Shown: positions 29,773-38,535 of the stretch, piece by piece | Numbering within the stretch: the stretch's first letter is position 1 | How the letters are laid out: each line of letters opens with the position of its first letter | From: Microcoleaceae cyanobacterium | GTDB taxonomy: Bacteria > Cyanobacteriota > Cyanobacteriia > Cyanobacteriales > Microcoleaceae | Direction of reading: 5' to 3' | Assembly: GCA_051652765.1 (NCBI GenBank) | Contig: JBOFUV010000057.1 | Span: forward strand, 1 to 39,242 | Length of the DNA: 39,242 nucleotides | Translations under genes and position numbers: made by a program | Notes under the pieces: model-generated | The model's database searches: none | Told to the model about the DNA's origin: nothing | Seen by the model: the letters and a program-made list of their open reading frames with translations, nothing else

Positions 29773-30318
29773 AGTAAATCTTGTCTCCTGAAAATTAAGA
29801 ATTTGTTTGGCAATGTACCCTGGGTCGAGAGAGTGTTGAACGTATTAGCTCCGACTAACTTTTTTGCTCTATTAATACTTTAGTTTGTAAACAAAAAATT
29901 GCCAATTGATTCTAAAAATCTTCATTCAATATTTACATAAAAACTCTAAATCTAAAGATAAACTATCCGTGAAATTGCGTTTTTATAAAATTAATTATAA
30001 AGTTGTTGATACCTGTAAATACTGCGTTGTAAGCTGAATAAGTCATTTAGCACTTGATCATTTAAGGAAATAAACTTTTTTCTATGTATTTTCACAGAGA
30101 TGTTGAACCATTGCGGGAAATATGGGTTTTTAAAAGACCGTAATCTCCACAATCTTTTTGCTGATCAGAGCACAGAAAAGGAATTGTAAAGCTATTAGAC
30201 CAGAACTTGAAATTTAAGCTTGAATATAACTTCAGATATATCTCCAGGCCACAAAAGTTCCTCCGCCCCTGAGTCAGTGAGAATACGGAGGCTTGTAGTT
30301 AACATCCTGATGAAAAGT

Positions 30319-30327
30319 TGGTATAAT
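30319..30327 (+). promoter_or_regulatory. Extended -10 element (TGnTATAAT) upstream of the second PEP-CTERM gene
   Basis: TGGTATAAT at 30319-30327. Confidence 0.55.
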
Positions 30328-30410
30328 GACGGATAGTGTGCGATGCATCGTTTAAATTAGGGACTAGGTGGCGACGAACTCTTGAGAACGAACTAATTTA
30401 AGGAGAAACA

Positions 30411-31115
30411 ATGACAGGATATTTTTGCAGGGCTCTACTGACAGCATCAGGAGCAACGGTTTTAGCGCTTGTAGGGGTCGGTTCTGCACAGGCTGCAACA
30501 TTCAGAGGAATCGAGTTTCCAGAGGGAGCAGTTTCTTTTGCCGATGCGGCTATCTCCTACGATAGAGGCGGAGACGATGGAAACTACAGCTATGCACCCT
30601 TAGAGGTTTTTAACCGACCTGAGACTGCCTTAGGGGAACCAAACTCTGTGTTGATCCCAGAAAACGAATCCCAAGGAGATTTCAGCGCCAGAGACGATTT
30701 GTCCTTGGGTGAAGCTGGTCAAGTTGTCCTGCGATTTACGGACAACTTTCTAACGGGGAGCGGGGACAGTGAAGACGACATGTGGATTTTTGAAGCCGGG
30801 ACTGCTGTTGAAGGGGTTCTCGTTGAGATTAGCGCAGATGGCGTGAACTGGTCTGGAGTGGGTCAGATTGGGGGAACTCAGATTGGTGGAATCGACCTTG
30901 ATGCTTTTGGCTTTGATGAAGGCGATTTGTTTTCCTATGTTCGCTTGACCGACGACGGTAATAATGTTTACCGAGGCGGTTGGTCTGGGGCTGATATTGA
31001 TTCTGTCGGCGCAATTTCAACTGTGGCTGTTGATGTTCCTGAGCCTGGGAATATTCTTGGGCTGCTGGCCATTGGTGCATTCACTATCGGATCTAGACTT
31101 AAGCGTAAAGCATAG
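30411..31115 (+). CDS. PEP-CTERM protein (acidic, D/G rich)
   Basis: Signal peptide (SAQAA), SFADA, ALGEP, SLGEAG, GADIDSV, then VPEP + TM + RLKRK; AAGGAG RBS. Confidence 0.9.
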   Translation: MTGYFCRALLTASGATVLALVGVGSAQAATFRGIEFPEGAVSFADAAISYDRGGDDGNYSYAPLEVFNRPETALGEPNSVLIPENESQGDFSARDDLSLGEAGQVVLRFTDNFLTGSGDSEDDMWIFEAGTAVEGVLVEISADGVNWSGVGQIGGTQIGGIDLDAFGFDEGDLFSYVRLTDDGNNVYRGGWSGADIDSVGAISTVAVDVPEPGNILGLLAIGAFTIGSRLKRKA

Positions 31116-31146
31116 ATGCTTTGAAGCAGGTTGAGTAGATTTCTTG

Positions 31147-31180
31147 AAAAGCCACCCTGTGGGGTAGCTTTTTATTTTTT
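31147..31180 (+). terminator. Intrinsic terminator
   Basis: aaaagccaccc-tgtg-gggtagctttt followed by a T tract. Confidence 0.7.
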
Positions 31181-31369
31181 GGATCTTCTAGAATGCTTCT
31201 TTCTCAATCCTCCTTGGAAAGCGATCCATTCAGCGATGTCAGCCGTACTGCAGAAGGCTTGAATGGCGGGCAAGAAAGTTCAACAAAAGCGGGTGTCGAT
31301 TGAGCACAAATTAGGCGAAGCACTGAGTTAGATGATAGTCTAATGTATTGTTGTCCAGATCCATCCTCA

Positions 31370-32701
31370 ATGCAACCCAAAATTATCGTTCTAGACGATG
31401 ACCCGACGGGTTCCCAAACGGTGCATAGTTGCTTGTTGCTGACCCAGTGGGATGTTGAGACTCTGCGCCAAGGGCTGACCGATGAATCCCCGATCTTTTT
31501 TATCCTCACGAACACACGGGCACTCACCCCAGAGGAAGCCGCAACGGTGACCCGTGAAGTGGCCCACAATCTGAAAGCAGCAATTGCTTCTGTAGCAGTT
31601 CGGGATTTTCTCGTGGTCAGTCGTTCAGATTCGACCCTGCGGGGGCACTATCCGATTGAGACTGATGTGATTGCAGAAGAATTAGGCCCCTTTGATGGCC
31701 ATTTTTTGATTCCAGCTTTTTTTGAAGGGGGACGGTTTACCCGAGACAGCGTTCATTACTTAGTTGTTAACGGGGTTCCGACACCAGTCCACGAAACTGA
31801 ATTTGCCCAGGATTCAGTGTTTGGCTATCACTACAGTTACTTACCCGATTATGTTGCAGAGAAAACGTTGGGAAAGATTCCAGCTCAGCAGGTCGAACGG
31901 TTTTTGTTGGCAGAAATTCGCTCAGGGACTCAAGAACGGTTACGGCAGTTGACGGGCAACACTTGTGTTGTCGTTGATGGGGAGACCCAGGCTGATTTAG
32001 ACCACTTTGCTGCTGATGTGCTGACGGTTGCGAATGAGGGCAAACGGTTTTTGTTTCGTAGTGCTGCCAGTATTTTGACTTCCCTGGCGGCTTTAGGGCC
32101 TCAGCCTTTTCCTCCAGAGACAATGGGGAACTACAATAAGGGCGACAAACCGGGGGCTGTGATTGTGGGTTCCCATGTGCAGAAGACGACCGAACAGCTA
32201 GAACACTTGCTCAAGACCCCTGGCATTGTTGGAGTTGAAGTGGATGTTTCCCAGTTGCTAGACGAGAGTGAAATCCAGCGTCATGATTTACTCCAACAGG
32301 TGCTCAAACAGGTTCATCAGGTTCATGAAGCGGGCAACACTCCTGTGGTTTATACCAGTCGCCAAGAATTGACTTTTAAGAATACTCAAGTACGCCTGGA
32401 GTTTGGCGTTGCAGTTTCCGAGCTACTGATGGATGTCGTGCGGGGCTTGCCATCAGACATTGGCTTTCTGATTAGCAAAGGTGGAATTACTTCCAATGAT
32501 GTTCTGAGCAAGGGGTTGGCCCTAGAGACTGCTCGGCTTCTTGGCCAAGTTCTGGCCGGATGCTCGATGGTTCGAACGCCTGACGAGCATCCTCAATTTC
32601 CAAACCTTCCCGTGGTTCTATTTCCGGGCAATGTTGGTGACCCAAACGGATTGGTAACCGTTTATCAACGGCTCACTCCCAGGGTGAAGTCAGAGCCCTG
32701 A
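31370..32701 (+). CDS. Four-carbon acid sugar kinase family protein (DUF1537)
   Basis: IVLDDDPTGSQT, SRSDSTLRGH, PAFFEGGR, VGSHV, SKGGITS and FPGNVG; ATG 31370. Confidence 0.92.
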   Translation: MQPKIIVLDDDPTGSQTVHSCLLLTQWDVETLRQGLTDESPIFFILTNTRALTPEEAATVTREVAHNLKAAIASVAVRDFLVVSRSDSTLRGHYPIETDVIAEELGPFDGHFLIPAFFEGGRFTRDSVHYLVVNGVPTPVHETEFAQDSVFGYHYSYLPDYVAEKTLGKIPAQQVERFLLAEIRSGTQERLRQLTGNTCVVVDGETQADLDHFAADVLTVANEGKRFLFRSAASILTSLAALGPQPFPPETMGNYNKGDKPGAVIVGSHVQKTTEQLEHLLKTPGIVGVEVDVSQLLDESEIQRHDLLQQVLKQVHQVHEAGNTPVVYTSRQELTFKNTQVRLEFGVAVSELLMDVVRGLPSDIGFLISKGGITSNDVLSKGLALETARLLGQVLAGCSMVRTPDEHPQFPNLPVVLFPGNVGDPNGLVTVYQRLTPRVKSEP

Positions 32702-32808
32702 ACATTAGCGAGTTCTTGCATGATCTAATTCTGGCATCAAGTCATAGTCACCTTGCTCCTCCCCTCCAACCTCCAACCCCTACCCTGGTAAACGGCACGC
32801 AACAACCC

Positions 32809-33630
32809 ATGACCCATTCTTCTGATCATCCCACCCCTATCGTTCCCTCAGAGACTGAACTTGTGACTCCGGAGGTTTCTCCAACTCTTCAAGTTCGGTT
32901 CAAGCGTGAGGATGGGCGCTTACTGCTGTTCTTGCCACCTGAGCCTCCGCTGCTAGATGATTCCGATCCGCCCACAGGTAGCAGAGGATGGACTGAACTC
33001 TGGCAACAACTCAAACATCGGATTAACAGCAGCGAACATGGCTGGCAACCGGACACGGAGGTTTATCTCCTGGCAGGGAGTCGCTTGTTGGATGTCCGTC
33101 AACTCCAGGAAATTGCTGAAGCCCTCCAAGATGCCCAACTCAAACTCAAACGAATCCAAACCACTCGCCGCCAGACCGCAGTCGCTGCCGCAACTGTAGG
33201 CTATTCTGTTGATCAGGACGCTGAACAGACTCTATTAAGCCAAGAGTCCTTAGGTAAGGCTGCCTTGTTAGCTGAACCCCTTTACCTGCAAACCACATTG
33301 CGTTCAGGGATGGATGTGCGTCATCCCGGCACTGTTGTACTGTTGGGAGATGTGAACCCCGGCAGTTCTGTGGTTGCCGATGGCGACATTATCATTTGGG
33401 GGCGATTGCGAGGAACCGTTCATGCCGGAGCCCATGGGAATGCCAAAAGTATGATTATGGCGTTGCAAATGGAGCCAACCTTGATTCGGATTGCTGATAA
33501 ACTGGCAAGGGGGCCAGAAACACCTCCCGCACAGTTCCATCCCGAAATCGCTTACATTACTAATCAGGGCATCCGAATTAGCAAAGCATCCGATTTCTCC
33601 AAGGTTAAAATGTGGCAATCCCATGGCTAA
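32809..33630 (+). CDS. minC: Septum site-determining protein MinC
   Basis: TLRSG, LGDVNPG, DGDIIIWGRLRGTVHAGA, IRIAD and PEIAY; ATG 32809 preferred. Confidence 0.93.
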   Translation: MTHSSDHPTPIVPSETELVTPEVSPTLQVRFKREDGRLLLFLPPEPPLLDDSDPPTGSRGWTELWQQLKHRINSSEHGWQPDTEVYLLAGSRLLDVRQLQEIAEALQDAQLKLKRIQTTRRQTAVAAATVGYSVDQDAEQTLLSQESLGKAALLAEPLYLQTTLRSGMDVRHPGTVVLLGDVNPGSSVVADGDIIIWGRLRGTVHAGAHGNAKSMIMALQMEPTLIRIADKLARGPETPPAQFHPEIAYITNQGIRISKASDFSKVKMWQSHG

Positions 33631-33645
33631 AAAGGCGGAATACCT

Positions 33646-34446
33646 ATGAGTCGCGTTATTGTTATTACGTCTGGCAAGGGCGGGGTCGGCAAAACCACCT
33701 CAACTGCAAATATTGGTATGGTTTTGGCCAAGCGAGGTCACCGGGTGGCGGTGGTTGATGCGGATTTTGGCTTAAGAAATCTGGATTTACTATTGGGGCT
33801 GGAGAATCGAATTGTTTACACCGCCTTAGATGTGCTTGCCGGAGAATGTACTTTAGAGCAAGCCTTGGTCAGAGATAAGCGACAGCCCCGGCTCTCCCTT
33901 TTACCTGCGGCTCAAAATCGAATGAAAGATGCCGTCACCCCCAATCAAATGAAGGATCTCGTCGGCAGGCTAGAGTCCAATCACGACTACGTTTTAGTGG
34001 ACTGTCCCGCAGGAATTGAACAAGGCTTTCAAAATGCGATCGCTCCAGCTCGCGAAGCCATCATCGTTACAACTCCTGAGATTTCCGCCGTCCGGGATGC
34101 TGACCGCGTTGTTGGACTCCTCGAAGCCAATGATATTAAGCGGATTCGCCTCTTGGTCAATCGGATCAGACCTGCGATGGTGCTAGCCAACAATATGATG
34201 TCCGTACAAGACGTAGAGGAAATTCTTGCGATTCCCCTAGTTGGAGTTGTCCCCGATGACGAAGGAATTATTGTTTCTGCCAACCAGGGAGAGCCCTTGG
34301 TGTTGTCGGAAACGACTACCTCAAAAGCAGCGATCGCCTATGATCATATTGCTCGCCGGTTAGAGGGAGAAAAGGTTGAGTTCCTTGACCTCAGCCCACC
34401 ACCACCAGGGCTATTTGCTCGACTTCGCAGCGCTTTTTCCAAGTAG
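33646..34446 (+). CDS. minD: Septum site-determining ATPase MinD
   Basis: TSGKGGVGKTT, DFGLRNLD, DCPAGIE, AVRDADR and a C-terminal amphipathic helix. Confidence 0.97.
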   Translation: MSRVIVITSGKGGVGKTTSTANIGMVLAKRGHRVAVVDADFGLRNLDLLLGLENRIVYTALDVLAGECTLEQALVRDKRQPRLSLLPAAQNRMKDAVTPNQMKDLVGRLESNHDYVLVDCPAGIEQGFQNAIAPAREAIIVTTPEISAVRDADRVVGLLEANDIKRIRLLVNRIRPAMVLANNMMSVQDVEEILAIPLVGVVPDDEGIIVSANQGEPLVLSETTTSKAAIAYDHIARRLEGEKVEFLDLSPPPPGLFARLRSAFSK

Positions 34447-34556
34447 GATTCTGCATTTGTTTATTATTGGTCATTGGCGACTTGTATTTGTTATGTTGGA
34501 TTCCGAAACAACTCAATTTTTAGTCCTGATTCCATACTCCAATCCCCAACTCACCC

Positions 34557-34955
34557 ATGAAACTCAGCGACCTGATTGAACGACTCTTTCCCCGCGCTAC
34601 CAATAGCCGCGATGCAGTCAAACGTCGCCTGAAGATGGTTTTAGCTTATGATCGAATTGACCTCACGCCAGAAATGCTGGAAGTCATACGGCGGGAAATT
34701 TTAGCGGTGTTGTCCCGCTACGTGGAAATTGATATTGAAGATTCAGAATTTGGTCTGGAGAGCGATCAACGGGCAACGGCTTTAATTGCAAACTTACCCA
34801 TTCGTCGGGTCAAAACAGCAGAAGAATCTAAAGAATTTAGGACATCTGAATTGACAACATCTTCAGTTCAGGTCAAGCATCAGAGTATTGAGACGGCACA
34901 ACAGGATGGGGCAGAAGATGAAGAAGATCGAGAGGAAAGTCTGGATCAACTTTAA
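34557..34955 (+). CDS. minE: Cell division topological specificity factor MinE
   Basis: VKRRLKMVLAYDR, EILAVLSRYVEID and ALIANLPIRRV; acidic C-terminal extension. Confidence 0.94.
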   Translation: MKLSDLIERLFPRATNSRDAVKRRLKMVLAYDRIDLTPEMLEVIRREILAVLSRYVEIDIEDSEFGLESDQRATALIANLPIRRVKTAEESKEFRTSELTTSSVQVKHQSIETAQQDGAEDEEDREESLDQL

Positions 34956-35193
34956 GGTTTTAACTTTAAGGTTGCAAACTATTTAGAGGTTGTATATTGC
35001 AATTTTATTTGGGTCATGAACATAGGCCAGACAAGATGTTGCTCATCCTCAAAAACTGCACTGAAGTCGTTCATCAATCATGTTTGATTGCTATACTAAC
35101 GTTTAGCGCTAGAGCTTTAAGCCGAACATTTTATTGCGTAATTCAAGTTGCCAGTTCAAACTTTCAATTTAAACCTTAATCAACAGAACCATC

Positions 35194-35457
35194 ATGATTG
35201 AGTCTGAAACCATCTTCTCCCTGAAAATTTATTATTTGAATGGGGAATCCCAAAGCTTTGAATTTCCTAAACCTCAAGGAGAAACGGCAACGTCAGCTAG
35301 TTATATTCAGAGAGTTCTGGCTGCAAAAGAACTAATGCTGGAGGTAGATAATCGATTGTTGGTGATTCCCATGCAAAATATTCAACGGATTGAGTTTTCT
35401 CCAGCCCCCCAGAAGCTGCCGGACACTGTGCTTCAGGGTGTCCGCCAAGTTAACTAA
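35194..35457 (+). CDS. Hypothetical protein (87 aa)
   Basis: ATG ORF 12 bp upstream of sbcD; IPMQNIQRIEFSPAP looks like a conserved small beta-rich family. Confidence 0.75.
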   Translation: MIESETIFSLKIYYLNGESQSFEFPKPQGETATSASYIQRVLAAKELMLEVDNRLLVIPMQNIQRIEFSPAPQKLPDTVLQGVRQVN

Positions 35458-35469
35458 TCGGGGATTGCA

Positions 35470-36699
35470 ATGATCAGAATTCTTCATCTTTCTGATATTC
35501 ACATGGGGAGTGGATTTTCCCATGGACGCACCAACCCAGAAACTGGATTGAATACTCGTCTAGAGGATTTCATGGCTACTTTAGGACGATGTATTGATCG
35601 GGCGATCGCAGAGCCTGTTGATCTAGTCTTATTTGGGGGAGATGCTTTTCCGGATGCGACTCCGCCCCCCTTGGTCAAAGAAGCCTTTGCGACTCATTTT
35701 CGCCGCTTGGTTGATGCCCAAATTCCCACTGTGTTGCTGGTGGGGAATCATGACCAATATTCTCAAGGGCAGGGCGGTGCGAGTTTGGGGATTTATCGGA
35801 CGTTGGGTGTACCAGGTTTTGTTGTGGGCGATCGCCTCGAAACCCACAAAGTTCAAACCCGCCAGGGGATAGTACAAGTGATTACCCTCCCCTGGTTAAC
35901 CCGTTCCACGCTACTGACTCGACCTGAAACGGAGGATTTGTCGCTAGAAGAGGTCAATCACCTGTTGATTGATAAGCTCAAAGTAGCCCTAGAGGGAGAA
36001 ATTCGCCGCCTCAGTCCTGAACTTCCGACCGTGTTATTGGCTCACGTCATGGTGGATAAGGCCAGTCTGGGGGCAGAACGGTTCTTGGCTGTGGGAAAAG
36101 GATTTACAGTTCCCCTGTCCCTGTTAATTCGGCCCTGTTTTGACTATGTTGCCTTGGGCCATGTTCACAAACATCAGAACTTAAATTCTACCAATGATCC
36201 CCCGGTCGTTTATCCCGGCAGCATTGAACGGGTGGATTTTAGTGAGGAGAAGGAGGACAAGGGATTTGTCCTGATTGAGCTTGCCAAAAATCAGGTGCGT
36301 TGGGAATTTTGCCCCCTGCCGGTTCGATCGTTCTGTACGGTAAAAGTTGATGTGTCTCAGGCTGAACTTCCCCAGGTTGAGATCCTCAAGGCCATTGGCA
36401 AAAAAGACATTCAAGATGCGGTTGTGCGTTTAATCTATCAATTGCGCCCTGACCAACTCGAATTTATTGAGACGAGGGCGCTCCATCAAGCTCTCAAACC
36501 TGCCCATGCTTATAGCATTCAGCCTGAACTGGTCAGCCAACTAGCCCGTCCCCGTGTGCCCGAACTAAATTCAAATCGCTGTCTTGATCCAATCGAATCG
36601 CTGAAAACTTATTTGCGAGGACGGGAAGATCTGCAGGATATCGGACAAGAGATGGTGGCAGCAGCCCAACGACTAATGGCTGGGGAGATCCAAGACTGA
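35470..36699 (+). CDS. sbcD: Exonuclease SbcCD subunit D
   Basis: Metallophosphoesterase motifs DIH, GGDAF, GNHD, GHVH and YPGSIERVDFSE. Confidence 0.94.
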   Translation: MIRILHLSDIHMGSGFSHGRTNPETGLNTRLEDFMATLGRCIDRAIAEPVDLVLFGGDAFPDATPPPLVKEAFATHFRRLVDAQIPTVLLVGNHDQYSQGQGGASLGIYRTLGVPGFVVGDRLETHKVQTRQGIVQVITLPWLTRSTLLTRPETEDLSLEEVNHLLIDKLKVALEGEIRRLSPELPTVLLAHVMVDKASLGAERFLAVGKGFTVPLSLLIRPCFDYVALGHVHKHQNLNSTNDPPVVYPGSIERVDFSEEKEDKGFVLIELAKNQVRWEFCPLPVRSFCTVKVDVSQAELPQVEILKAIGKKDIQDAVVRLIYQLRPDQLEFIETRALHQALKPAHAYSIQPELVSQLARPRVPELNSNRCLDPIESLKTYLRGREDLQDIGQEMVAAAQRLMAGEIQD

Positions 36700-36701
36700 A
36701 T

Positions 36702-37049
36702 CTAGCCAGGAGGCCATTCCATCTGACGACCACCCAGAATATGGAGGTGGAGATGATAGACTGTCTGTCCGCCATCCTGTCCTGTATTAATTACAACTCG
36801 ATAGCCATCCTTGAGATGAGCTTCTTCGGCAATTTTTTTTGCGGTCAATACTAAATGTCCCATCAATGTCTGATCTTCAGAAGTGATATCAGCTAACTTT
36901 TGGATGGGCTTCTTTGGAACAAGTAGGATATGGACAGGGGCTTGAGGTGCAATGTCTGTGAAGGCCAAAACAAGATCGTCTTCGTACACAATATCTGCAG
37001 AAATTTCACGACGAATAATCTTACTAAACACAGTGTCTTGATTAAGCAT
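36702..37049 (-). CDS. Histidine triad (HINT) nucleotide-binding protein
   Basis: FSKII, DIAPQAPVH, GGQTVYHLHLHILGGR and a WPPG end. Confidence 0.96.
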   Translation of the reverse strand: MLNQDTVFSKIIRREISADIVYEDDLVLAFTDIAPQAPVHILLVPKKPIQKLADITSEDQTLMGHLVLTAKKIAEEAHLKDGYRVVINTGQDGGQTVYHLHLHILGGRQMEWPPG

Positions 37050-37240
37050 GGGCTAATAGTTCGATCACTAAAGAATGGGTTACTTGGGGTTCAAAGAGTT
37101 GATGACAAACTGCCAAACAAACTGCTAAACATTGATTTATTCGGAATTGATACGTCAATCATACAGTCTGTAAACTCGGAAAACTAGCATCCCCTTACCC
37201 CTGACATCCCCCTGAGCAAAACCAATCCCAATAGCATATC

Positions 37241-37285
37241 AAAACTAAGGCCCCCTTCTAGTAAAACTAGTTGAGAGCCTTAGTT
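37241..37285 (-). terminator. Terminator of the 5S rRNA gene
   Basis: aactaaggc (37243-37251) pairs with gccttagtt (37277-37285); TTTT at the 3' end on the minus strand. Confidence 0.7.
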
Positions 37286-37292
37286 AATTTTA

Positions 37293-37410
37293 TCCTGGCA
37301 TCGTGCTATTTTTCCAGGCAGCTACCCACCAAGTATCTTTGCCGTGTCAGCGTTTCACATCCGAGTTCGGGATGGATCGGTGTGGTTCCACTGAGCCATA
37401 GACACCAGAA
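37293..37410 (-). rRNA. rrf: 5S ribosomal RNA (orphan copy)
   Basis: Reverse complement reads TTCTGGTGTCTATGGC...GGAACCAC...CCATCCCGAACTCGG..GTGAAAC...GATAC...AAATAGC...GATGCCAGGA; helix I ends pair. Confidence 0.96.
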
Positions 37411-37507
37411 AAGCTTTTAAAAACTTTTTGGAGTTTCTTAAACTTCCTCTGAACAAAGCCTTTTTGAACTTGGCTTAATGTCCTTGTGTTTTTTATTCAC
37501 TCTTACG

Positions 37508-37536
37508 AGTATAAAGAATATATTGGGTAATGTCAA
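37508..37536 (-). promoter_or_regulatory. Near-consensus sigma70 promoter for the orphan 5S gene
   Basis: TTGACA (37536-37531), 17 nt, TATACT (37513-37508), with A tracts upstream. Confidence 0.85.
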
Positions 37537-37587
37537 CTCCTTTTTCAAGGTTTTTTAAAAGACCGCTCAAAATCAAGTTATCAAAAA

Positions 37588-38385
37588 TTAACGGTAGTAA
37601 AAACTGAAGTCGTTCAAAGCAGCAGCCACACGCCCTAGATTCAAACGGCTGTGATAAACTAGCTTCCGTTTTAGACTCTCTAGAAAAGACAACGACGGGG
37701 CTTCTGCTGATCGTTGACGCTCTGTATTCGCATAGAAATGCTGCCGGACCGCATCAATCTCATGCCACCCCGATTGTTGAAATTTCCAACCCACACTAGC
37801 AGCGGCTAGGCCAATGGCATTTCCCGAACCCGAATGAAGATGGTTTAACTCTAGATATCTGCCAATTTTTCCCCAAGCGTTGAGAAAATCCATCTCTTTC
37901 CCGTTGTCCCGAGTCATGACCAGCAAATTTTCCTCTGTCCAATCTACTTGCTCTGGAAGTACGCCTAGTTTTTTGGCGATATCCTGGATACACTTCAATC
38001 GTGTGGCATGATCTTTGTTGCCGCCATGGACTAAAATACCATTGGTTACACCTGATGTAATTCCGGGCTGCCAGTCAATATTCTCAGGCACATCCTTCAC
38101 AATTCGGGTATCTGCATCCACTAAAATTGCCACTGGAAATTGAGAAAGTGCTCTCTCAAGGGGAAATCGCTTATCGTGGTAGCAACGATGTATTCCCTGC
38201 TGAGTATGTCTATAGAGAAGAACATTAGGGCAACGTTCGAAATCTTTTGGAGAATCAGTACAGATCACCAACGTTGTTCCTGGAGAATATTTTTCCAAAT
38301 CATAGGCAAGTTCAATTGCCATCAAGCGATATCTATTCCCAAGAGCAAGGGTACAAAAGCAGAAATTCTTGTTTTGGGGAGTCAT
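37588..38385 (-). CDS. Hypothetical protein, possible GT-A fold sugar transferase
   Basis: FCTLALG, VICTD, YHDKRF and DxD motif ILVDAD; ATG 38385 preferred. Confidence 0.7.
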   Translation of the reverse strand: MTPQNKNFCFCTLALGNRYRLMAIELAYDLEKYSPGTTLVICTDSPKDFERCPNVLLYRHTQQGIHRCYHDKRFPLERALSQFPVAILVDADTRIVKDVPENIDWQPGITSGVTNGILVHGGNKDHATRLKCIQDIAKKLGVLPEQVDWTEENLLVMTRDNGKEMDFLNAWGKIGRYLELNHLHSGSGNAIGLAAASVGWKFQQSGWHEIDAVRQHFYANTERQRSAEAPSLSFLESLKRKLVYHSRLNLGRVAAALNDFSFYYR

Positions 38386-38535
38386 AAGTTTCTCTACCTG
38401 GCGTGAGTGCTGAGTCAGAATAGCAAGTCCATCACTATTCCTCACTTTATCTATAGGTTGGAAAAACTGTTTTTTGCAGGGTCGATACTGCTGCCTGCGG
38501 TACTTTTCTTGGCCAAGGAGAATCGAATTTTCTGG

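Noticed and set aside
31204..31569. 121-aa minus-strand ORF
   Set aside because: Overlaps the kinase gene in antisense and has no recognisable features.
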